Below, one piece after another: positions 40,373 to 50,802 of a DNA stretch of 64,000 nucleotides; position 1 is the first letter of the stretch, and each line of letters starts with the position of its first letter. The stretch comes from Trichinella spiralis. Lineage: Eukaryota. The notes beneath the pieces are model-generated. The model searched no databases. It saw nothing but the letters and a program-made list of their open reading frames with translations, and had not been told where the DNA came from. Made by a program: the position numbers and the translations under genes. Where the stretch lies: positions 6,819,051 to 6,883,050 of the forward strand of contig NW_003526941.1 of NCBI RefSeq assembly GCF_000181795.1. Direction: 5' to 3'.

Positions 40373-40678
40373 AAGAAGGAATTTGATATTATGGCAGCAA
40401 TGAAATATGTTAAATAAAGAGAACAGGTCGTAGTACATTCCAGCATTATGTTGTTGAAAGCAATGGGTATGTCATCATCGGAAAAGTAACAGTAGTAGCA
40501 GGTGAAAGCAATTTCAAAAGCAAATATAAGAAAAAAAAATGTTCAGGTTTGTCACGCAAGGTAAGGAAGAATTGCACTATTTTTTTGTAGGAGAACTGTT
40601 TTGTTTTTAATGTTATAGACAGTATCTGTGAAGACGAAAGCCGCATTTTAAAGTATTTCCATAGAATANNNNNNNNNN

Positions 40679-41380
40679 ACTTACCTTCACACTTATACTT
40701 ACCTTCATACCACTTACCTTCAACTATCCGGTACTTACCTTCACACTTATACTTACCTTCATACCACTTACCTTCAACTATCCGGTACTTACCTTCACAC
40801 TTATACTTACCTTCATACCACTTACCTTCAACTATCCGGTACTTACCTTCACACTTATACTTACCTTCATACCACTTACCTTCAACTATCCGGTACTTAC
40901 CTTCACACTTATACTTACCTTCATACCACTTACCTTCAACTATCCGGTACTTACCTTCACACTTATACTTACCTTCATACCACTTACCTTCAACTATCCG
41001 GTACTTACCTTCACACTTATACTTACCTTCATACCACTTACCTTCAACTATCCGGTACTTACCTTCACACTTATACTTACCTTCATACCACTTACCTTCA
41101 ACTATCCGGTACTTACCTTCACACTTATACTTACCTTCATACCACTTACCTTCAACTATCCGGTACTTACCTTCACACTTATACTTACCTTCATACCACT
41201 TACCTTCAACTATCCGGTACTTACCTTCACACTTATACTTACCTTCATACCACTTACCTTCAACTATCCGGTACTTACCTTCACACTTATACTTACCTTC
41301 ATACCACTTACCTTCAACTATCCGGTACTTACCTTCACACTTATACTTACCTTCATACCACTTACCTTCAACTATCCGGT
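40679..41380. repeat. 54-bp satellite, 13 identical copies, built from 18+15+21-bp sub-units each starting ACTTACCTTCA
   Basis: Unit acttaccttcacacttat|acttaccttcatacc|acttaccttcaactatccggt. The lines starting at 40681 and 41221 are identical (offset 540 = 10 x 54). The array begins at the gap 40669-40678, so true length is unknown. Confidence 0.97.
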
Positions 41381-41889
41381 ACTTACCTTCACACCTATTC
41401 TTACCTGACTTACCCTTAACTATTAGACTACTTACCTATTTATCTTCATACTTACCCATAGTCTGCTTCTTTGTCTTTTTAGACTTAGATTTACACTTTA
41501 AGCTATTTACTACAATAATAATAATAATATAGTACCAAACAATAATTATAAAAAATTATAAAAAGCAATTATGAAAAAATTATGTAAAGCAAAATTATAA
41601 AAACCTGAAAAACTAAAACGACAAAATTTACAGTTTACAACTTTCATAGTATTTAAAAATAAAATGTACATACGTCGTCAAACTGAGCGTCAACTGGTGG
41701 TAGTGCTTTGTGATGACGTATTTATCGACGTGATTACGATTCTTTGTTAAATCACAACATGTTCAATAACGGATAGTTACCAAAGAATGCAGCAATTTCA
41801 TTCATCTATATCTAAACTTAATTTGATTCTGAAAATATTTGCAAAACAAGTGTGCTGAAAAGAAAAGCATGTTAAACAAAATTGATATA

Positions 41890-42980
41890 AAACAGCCATA
41901 TTATAAAAAATTAATTGAAGACAAATAACAGTGCATCGTTGTTCCTTAATTACTAAGTATACAAATTTTTAGAAAAACTACTTGCTAGTCATACAACACT
42001 TGTCTTTCAGGATGCAAGCATCTCAACAGTTACGCGCTGAAATTTTCAATTAAACATCTTAAGCATGTGATAAGCAACACCGCGGTGTGAACACTATCAC
42101 TCATCAATAAAAAACAAAATCTCTATTTACAAAATACTAAAACTTACCCACTCACATAATACTCTACAAAAATACTCACCAAACGCACTGATGGCAACAC
42201 GCAATACCAAACTTGTATGATGTATCCGAAAACCAGTGCAAATCGACTGTATTCACGATATATGCTACTATTACAATCATTATTTAATTATACCGTACTC
42301 CTGTGATAAGCGAAGCCACACAGATTTCTGGACCAATACTGAGTAACGCCATTAAGCCAACCTAAACCAACGCAGCAGTATGAACGAGCTCGATGTTGAT
42401 GATGCAATCCTATTCCTATAATGGGCAAAATGTGTACTTATTTTTGTGATGGCACATTTAGAACGCATTGAGATAGAGGTGACATACCATGTCGGCAAGA
42501 GCAACAGGTATTCCAAAACGTTTCAATTATGTTGACGTACACTATTTAATTCGATAACAAGAAACATACAGGATCAGATATAAGTGGAATTAGAAGACAT
42601 TAATAATAGTAACAGATTGTAGATACTCAATTACTCACAGATTTGTACATCTTTTCAATCCACTGAGGGAAACCCGAACCACCATTAGAGAAAGATATTC
42701 AAGTTCATAGAAATAGTTCCACTGCCCTGACACAACCCGTTGCTATAACAAAGTGCATAAAATTCTTTCTTACTGTGACGATGAAGAAAACCAGAAAGCG
42801 GAACTGTTGAGACACATGACTGATCACGGTAGAAACATGAACAGAGCAATAGTCGAACTAAAAAATAGATACTAAATAACACAGCGAAATAAAACATTGG
42901 ATTACAAAATGAATGAAATTCAAATATCATCGTGATGCACTGTTATTCGGCTTCAATCACTTTTTATAATATGGCTGTTT
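41890..42980. mobile_element. Putative non-autonomous TIR element (~1.1 kb, ~47-bp imperfect inverted repeats)
   Basis: Left arm aaacagccatattataaaaaattaattgaagacaaataacagtgcatc (41890-41937). Reverse complement of 42934-42980 is aaacagccatattataaaaagtgattgaagccgaataacagtgcatc. No transposase ORF and no clear TSD. Confidence 0.6.
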
Positions 42981-45900
42981 CTCATAAGTATCATTTCAAC
43001 CGCTAACCTGAGTTCACATAAAGCGCACGCAACGTAATATATAGAACAGAAATAAATAAAGTCGCATTACGTACTTGATGATATACCAATGAAGACAATT
43101 CAAAAAAAATAAAAAAAGTTGAAATTATTTAATAAGTAATTAGTGTCATATAAACAGAATATTTTTTACCCACACTCTTTCCAGATATTGCGTTGTATTA
43201 CCTTGTACATCTAAAAAGCGATATTTCTAATGTAAAATTCAAATTTCAAATTTACTAAAATCAAAGACAACCAATCTACAATATTACTTACATTACGTTG
43301 CACGTACAAATACAATAACAGACGTGCTGCTGATGGCGTTGCTAACTTACAATCTAAATATCTCGAAAATAATCATTTTGCGCAGCTGGTTGCTGGCTAT
43401 CATTGAAATTTTACGGGAATAAACAAGATTGCAAATCAACAGCAGATGAAAATAACATTGATGCATACTGCAATCATGTTCTCATGATAGGATTTTTTAT
43501 ATTCATTGATATGAAAATAAAATAATGCAAATTCTAAAAGTGAATTATATTAATGCAATCATCTATAAATAAAAAACAGAAATAGATACTACTTCGTCTT
43601 CAGCATCTGATGTATCTAAAACTTAGCAATAATAACACTAGAAAGACACCCGCAAGTTTCCATTCACCATATATGTAAAGTCACATGCATAGCATGCCAC
43701 CACCAAAATACCAAAACCAACTTACCATTTATTCATGGATGGTGTTGAAGAGCGAACTTATAGTTGACCACGTGCTAGATTGATAGCATTGCAGTGAACT
43801 GCATAACCTAATAAAATCAATGTGCTTGGTCAATTGTATAATAAATAAATTATGCAAATGACTATTTACTTTGCTTAACGAAGAGCAACTCAGTTCTCCT
43901 TCAGAAATAGCGCAATAAAATCAACAATATGAGCAACCTTATGAAACGAGACGATGAAATTTATTACGTTTTTATTTACACACTTCATATTACTACTTAA
44001 TATGGCAATGTTATGCAAATTTTTGTCCCTAAAATTACCTAAAAGGAAATATTATTAACCTGAAGCATCGCAGATTACTAAAAATAAACGGAAATGCTAT
44101 CACTGCGCATTTATGCATGATGTGTAATTTAGTTGCTTGAAAGTACAAGGTGATTCAATAATTTATATTTTATCAATGATTTTCTTCTAATCAAAATTAT
44201 ATGGATAATTTTAAATAGCTCCTACTGAAAATAGTTGCGAAAATAAAATACTTTTTCAGATTTATGGAAAATTAAACAGTTGTCATGAAATTTTGTAATA
44301 TGAGTTTATCTCAGCACAGAAGTAAACATGTGTGCAGCGTAGACATAATGATGGTAAGCGGCTGCCCCAGGGTGTATGCCGCTTTACAGCTCACCTCCAC
44401 GTTCGTTTGCGCCTTATGATTATTTATAGCAAGACTGCAAATTTGGTTGAACACTGCATCAGCGCGCTTCATACAATGTGAGAAAAACCCTAATCGCAGA
44501 AATTCAGTAACTGAGCGATTTCCAATGAATTCAAGAAACTTATGCGGGTGACATTTCTGTATTGCATTTTATGAAAAGAATAAAACAAAAGAATTACGAG
44601 TAACCTGGATTTGGTTATATTGCTAGTCGACAGCAATTATGAGAAATTAGATTTATATCAGATGAAAACAGCTAAGTGCTGTTCATTCAGCTCGAAATAG
44701 GGGGTGGGCAGCATTTTCAGTTGAGTGCGATCTCTGTTCAACTTAGTATGATGGGGATCATTACATAAGAAAGGAGGGCGGGACAGCATAGCAGGAAGGA
44801 ATGAGTAAGAAGTTGAGGGATGGAGGAGGTGGAAGTTGTCATATGCGTTCTTCCACTCAATCTTCACGTGTAATATTCGGGCGTTGCTTCATTTATCAAT
44901 ACTGACAACATTGATGGGCATTGAGTTATTTTCTCAATGACATAAAATAGGTGCATCTGTATAAGTCAGTGCTATTGGCGGAACAATGACATAGTAGAAA
45001 TTTTAAGGAGTCATTTCAAAAATGAAGGGAACGTTACTGCCATTCTGAAAGTAACAGGGGTGGTAGTACAAAAGTGTGTTCTCTAGCTAACAGCAGCTTT
45101 ACTATGTCATGCTGAAATAATCTTGTGCACGATTTGAGCAGTGACATGCATTCAGGGGTGCGATTGTGCGACTGCAGTTTCCCGGTGACAAACATCTCCT
45201 TTAAATTGGGCAAGTATGTTACCTTAGCAATAAACATTACAGTGGGGAGTAAAGATAATGCGGGAGTGGTTCAACTGCTATGTCAAAGTACTACTTTACA
45301 AATGGATTTCTAAGGACTATTGAAAATTATAGCAATACCATTAGTACTATTATATATTGGCTTGGCCGTAATAAAGTCTGGAATATTAATTGTCCATCAT
45401 TACTGAAGAACAACGCGCTAGTTTCCATTCAAAAAGACTATAATCAAACAACTACGAAAAGCTTAAAAAGCGCGCATGTTTAGTGCAGTGTGCCATAAGA
45501 AGGAAGGAAAGCATTCTATGATAAATAGTAAAAATATGAAAATTCATACCTGTCAGCACACCTGTCAGGGATGTCGTGTAAAGGAAACGTAGAGTCATAC
45601 ATTTTGTAACTGATGTTCGTGGTTTCTTCATATTTATAGTCTCACAATCACAACGTATTTGTTGAACTGAACTATGAAAATGACCGAATAACGCAACGCA
45701 GTAAGTAATTAGACCGCCCTTCAGCAGCGGACATTTATACTATAGTGCAGTTCTCTAAATAAACAGAAATTTGTATAATGAAAATTGCTTCCGCATTTGA
45801 GTTGCGCAAAGTGCACGTAGCAGAATGCCAACGGCAGTGCTTACCATAACATTTGCATAAAGTTATTCTGCTGACCTAGAAATGCATGTATGATTTGAAA

Positions 45901-48900
45901 ACGTATAGTAACAATGTAATGAGCCAACAGCAAAGATTATAATAATTGCTGAACAACAACAAAATCCTGAACACGTTACAGATCAAAGCCACTATCTATC
46001 AAAAACAATATTATGGCGTAAATTAAAGCAGTATAAAATAGTGTCTTACGTAAATGAGGCTGCACTGGCACCATAATAATATGTCGCAATATTTAGCAAA
46101 ATTCATTCATTAATTTAAAGGAACTGATTATTTCGTGAATATTTCAATCAGACTTTGATCAACCATTTTGAAAAGAAAAAAAGAAAAAAGCACTAAACTC
46201 CCCGCACATCTGAGGCAGGTAAAACAACTAAGTCTCACCCGCGTCTTCAGCGCGGAAAGCCTAGGCTTTATAATAATTAACAAGTTAATCAATAGAAAAT
46301 ATAATTTACCAAATGTCAATGATTATGCGAAATTTGAGAAAAAATAATAGAATGTGATAATAAACTTAAGTAACTTTCAATCTTTCTAAAGATGAAGTTT
46401 CACATTTTCTTTGTTCCATTCTTTAAACCTGTAATAATGATATTAAATCANAACTGTCCTCACTNTNTCNCAAAGTANNANNNATAACAAATNATAATAN
46501 NTAACTGNNGNNNANNNNNAAAGGAATCGTTTACGAAATAAATATACAAAGCTTTGAAAAAATAACNAAGCAGAAAAGTAGAATACTTGTTAGTAATTCT
46601 GCAAACCGACTTCAACAGCTACTTAACGCTTTAATAAACTCAAAGAACGTTCAACGATGCTACCAATTGCCACGTAAATTAAACAAACAAACGCACCCTT
46701 ACTGATGATAAGTCAGCGTGATAGCGATAGTTATTTGCATAATGCAGCGTTAGAAATCGGTTTTTAGTGCGTCAGAACTTTTGGCTGAAGATGAAGTCTA
46801 ACCTAAGTCATAATATGTGCAGAAGAAATGCACTGCTAAATTCTACCAATAAGGAAAGGACTATTTGAAAATTCAAAAATGACCTTGACATTTCCAATTC
46901 AGTCAAAATATAAACTATCTGGCAGAAAACACCATAATAAAAACATTGATATAGTCAAAACCCACCTACGTATGTCTAAAAATTTTCTTATGTCAGAAAA
47001 GCAAGTAGCTTAAATGAAGCTAATTTTAAGTTAAAAATTTGCTGGCAAAAGCCATTGAGAATTCTTCATAGAGAATATATTGAAAAAGTATGCTCAATAT
47101 CGATTCTCAATTGTATTGTTAAGTGATTAAGACTTAAAAGTGATGAAACTGCCACTTACTGCTAAATTCGTCATCTTCTCATCGTTAATGTTCATTATCT
47201 TTGGATGTTGATTGCAAAATTATTTTTCAGAAATTATTCCAAAAAATAATAATGAATAAAAAGGAAATTTAGTGTTTGGCATTTTGATATTGGTCATCAG
47301 TTAATTTTCCAATCGAAACGCACTACTCTCATACACGGACGGCCTCAAACTAAAATCATTTCCAATATGTCAACAAAGCGAACGACCTCGCATGCAAATT
47401 TTTATTTCATTCGCTTCTGCTGATAAATAAGACCAGTATTAGCCACGCTGACTTGTGTAATTATGCTTTGACGCTACAAATAAGACTAGCTTATGATTAA
47501 AAAAATGCTTCTGCTTTCCACAAGCCAGAAATATGTTGCTGGTTGTTCAGCAATTTCAGAAAATCCTTATTTGCATGATATAGTGACTGCGCGCGCAATG
47601 TTAGAAACTGCTTTCAGTGCGATGGAAATTCTTTGTGGAATTGAATTGTGACTTGTTCGCAGCGTAATATGCTCAATCAAAACGCATAGATTAATGTTAA
47701 AACTTACATTTACTTACTCACTTACATTTTATCTATTAGAGAGTTTATTATTAATTATTAAGCAGAAAAGCCATTGCTGAATAAATTATACTTAAATTAT
47801 AAATGGATCACATCTATTCTCAAAGAACCTTTGATCAAACAAAAGAAAAAACTCACCAAAGTGGAATTATTCTAGTCGTTGATATGAGCATGTTCATTTT
47901 ATAATGTCCCAAATGTGAAATATCTTCAAAAAATAGTAAGCAATAGTGGATGATAGCACTTTTTATGATTATCTAGCTTACCAATAAAAAAGATCTCAGT
48001 GTTCAGTTGCTGCGCACAAATCGCCAACCGTCATTGCAACTAAAGCCACCTAAGCGAGAAAAAATTTGCATAAAATTTACAAGTACTACGAATACTTTTC
48101 ATTACGTTACGCGACTGTAATTTCACACCTGAAAATCTACAGTCATACCAAATGGAATAAATAATACATGCGATAGAATTTTACAATTTTCTGTCATTTT
48201 TATAATTTCAATTACTATTCGTTGCATATATATATATATATATATACATTAAAAGTTAAAGTCAGAAAATACTGTTTCATCAGTGTTTGGCGTCGTCACG
48301 CTAACATGCAATTTTTATGCACGGCTTTGGTGTTTGTTTGGAAGTTCACTACAAGCCTCAACTTTTGATCAGTTTAATTCAGATTATTAAAACATTTAAA
48401 AAAATTGTTCATCGTAAGATCGCAGCAGCCAATAAATATTTAAATATTACTTTAAAAAAGAATATTAAAAAACATGTGAAAAACAAGCGAACAGCGAACA
48501 TACGGTGGGTAATATTAGTAGAATTGACATCTATAGCTAGGAATTTGCTTCAATTAGATTTATGAATGAATTACATGTTCATTTGACGACGCGTTGAGTG
48601 GGTATTTTATACATGCAATGAGACGTTGATAATGGCCACATGAATATGATTAGTTGTAAGCAAATTTGAATACTTATTATTGGATTGTTCAAATCTATTG
48701 GCAGTGATAATAAGTGAAAAATTTAGTAAAGAGAACGAACGCTTAAAATACTTCCAAAAAGAACGTAACCAATACACAACATACAATCGTTGACTGTCGA
48801 GTAATTTTCTACCTGCCGTAATGTCGTTCAATTTTTTTAATTTAGCATAGTTTAAAATTGTAAAATTTAGTCCGATTGTTCAAATAGAGTTGTTTAAAGT

Positions 48901-48990
48901 GATTTTAATTTTAAAACAACGGCCAATTGTTGAGCTGTAGTTTTAGTCGTTATTTCGAACGGCTGCTTTAGCGAGTCGAACGGTCTGAAA

Positions 48991-50619
48991 ATGTCCGAAA
49001 AGCAAAGTCAGAAGAGCAGAAAACTCGCCAAAGTTGCTGCAATTCCAGCAAAAACCACCTTGGAGCATCTCTGTCGACTGGACACTGACCATTCTGTGGA
49101 AAAGCTTGTCAGCAAAACGGGTCTAATTTGTACCATTGGGCCGGCAAGCTGTTCAGTGGAGACGTTGACGAAAATGATCCAGGCCGGTATGACCATTGCG
49201 AGGCTGAATTTCAGCCACGGCAGTCACGACTACCACGCCCAAACGGTGGCCAACATCCGCAAAGCTGTGGACAGTTTGGCCGCCAGTGGGAATGGGAAAG
49301 TGGTCGCCATCGCATTGGATACCAAAGGGCCCGAAATAAGGACCGGATATTTGGCTGTGGGTTCGAATGAAGAAGTTGTCGTTGAAGCAAACAGCGCTGT
49401 GAGGGTGACGGTCGATAGTGGGATGAAATTTCGTTGCACCGAATCGCTAATTTACGTCGACTATGAGAACATGCCCAAAGTGGTGAGCAAAGGTTCGAAA
49501 ATTTACATCGACGACGGTCTCATTTCTCTGCTTGTGAACGAAGTCGCCGACAACCATTTGGACTGCGTTGTGGAACACGGGGGCAAGTTGGGCAGCTGCA
49601 AGGGCGTCAATTTGCCAGACTGTGAAGTAGATTTGCCGGCAGTTTCGGAAAAAGATGCGCAAGATTTGCAGTTCGCCGTGAAACACCAGTGCGATATGGT
49701 TTTCGCATCGTTTGTCCGCAGTGCTGAAGCGGTACGCCAGATAAGGCAGACGTTGGGCGTGGAAGGGAGGGGGATTAAAATTGTGGCCAAAATCGAAAAT
49801 CGCCAAGGAATCGCCAACGTGGACTCGATCATCGAAGAAGCGGACGGTGTGATGATTGCACGCGGAGATCTTGGAATTGAAATTCCCGCTGAGCAGGTAT
49901 TCGTGGCGCAGAAGGCGATAATAGCGAAATGTCGACTAGCCGGCAAGCCGGCAATATGCGCCACCCAGATGTTGGAGTCGATGGTCGACAAAGCCAGGCC
50001 GACCCGCGCTGAAATTACCGACGTTGCCAACGCGGTACTGGACGGTGCAGACTGTGTAATGCTGTCCGGCGAGACGGCCAAAGGTCGACATCCGGTCCAA
50101 GCGGTCCGTACGATGCATCAGATATGTTGCCAAGCGGAATCGGTATTTTTCCAAAAACATTTTTTCGACGAACTCCAAGCCATGCTGCCCAGACCAATGA
50201 ACGCCATGGATACCATTGCCTTTGCAGTGACCACAGCCGCTGCCAATTGCAACGCATCGGCGATAATTCTGCTCACAAACACCGGCGCCTCTGCCGTAGC
50301 ACTGTCCAAATGCAGACCTTCGTCGATGATAATTTCTGTTGTAAAAAAAGAACAAACTGCGAGATATTTACGATTGTACAGTGGCATATTACCGTGCGTT
50401 TACGATTCGAAGAACAGCTCGTCGTCGTCGCCCAATGCCGTCGTCGACTGGGTGACCAGTGTCGACCAGCGCATCAATTATGCAATCTTGTTTGGCAAAA
50501 AAGAACGCATCATTCACGACGGTGACAATGTGATCGTGGTGAACGGTTGGAGAGAAGGACCCGGCCATACAAATACGATTCGCATCTTTGCCGTCGAACC
50601 TCTAATTCCAAGACCATGA
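48991..50619 (+). CDS. pyk: Pyruvate kinase, single coding exon, 542 aa
   Basis: Uninterrupted ORF with ICTIGPAS, ARLNFSHG, ALDTKGPEIRTG, KIEN, MIARGDLGIEIP, ATQMLESM, PTRAE, DVANAVLDGADCVMLSGETAKG. Animal-type N-terminal helix (TTLEHLCRLD) and C-terminal loop GWREGPGHTNTIRI. Confidence 0.98.
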   Translation: MSEKQSQKSRKLAKVAAIPAKTTLEHLCRLDTDHSVEKLVSKTGLICTIGPASCSVETLTKMIQAGMTIARLNFSHGSHDYHAQTVANIRKAVDSLAASGNGKVVAIALDTKGPEIRTGYLAVGSNEEVVVEANSAVRVTVDSGMKFRCTESLIYVDYENMPKVVSKGSKIYIDDGLISLLVNEVADNHLDCVVEHGGKLGSCKGVNLPDCEVDLPAVSEKDAQDLQFAVKHQCDMVFASFVRSAEAVRQIRQTLGVEGRGIKIVAKIENRQGIANVDSIIEEADGVMIARGDLGIEIPAEQVFVAQKAIIAKCRLAGKPAICATQMLESMVDKARPTRAEITDVANAVLDGADCVMLSGETAKGRHPVQAVRTMHQICCQAESVFFQKHFFDELQAMLPRPMNAMDTIAFAVTTAAANCNASAIILLTNTGASAVALSKCRPSSMIISVVKKEQTARYLRLYSGILPCVYDSKNSSSSSPNAVVDWVTSVDQRINYAILFGKKERIIHDGDNVIVVNGWREGPGHTNTIRIFAVEPLIPRP

Positions 50620-50802
50620 GTATCGAACAGATGGATCATTTTTAATTTCCACCAGCAATCACCGTATATTTTCAGAAAAACTGTTATTAAATTTAAATTT
50701 TCATTTTCTGTCGCAAATATAACTCTTTGACAGAATTAATTCACAATTTATGCAAATGTAACTTCAACAAGTAAATAAATAAATAAATAAAACAAATTTC
50801 AC

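Larger units (their letters stand above)
36645..40678. other. Assembly gaps (10 N each) at 36645-36654, 39405-39414 and 40669-40678; scattered Ns also at about 46451-46567
   Basis: N runs in the sequence. Confidence 0.99.
40679..45170 (+). repeat. Segmental direct repeat, copy B, with a ~1.4-kb segment (about 41799-43201) absent from copy A
   Basis: Homology to copy A stops after gaatgcagcaattt (about 41798) and resumes at cttgtacatctaaaaa (about 43202). Confidence 0.88.

Noticed and set aside
40679..41380. CRISPR array or telomeric repeat
   Set aside because: Spacers repeat identically every 54 bp, there are no cas genes, the context is eukaryotic, and the unit is not TTAGGC or TTAGGG.
48991..50619. 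Bacterial origin or contamination for the intronless pyruvate kinase
   Set aside because: It has the animal-type N-terminal domain and C-terminal loop and is contiguous, without gaps, with a spliced eukaryotic gene.
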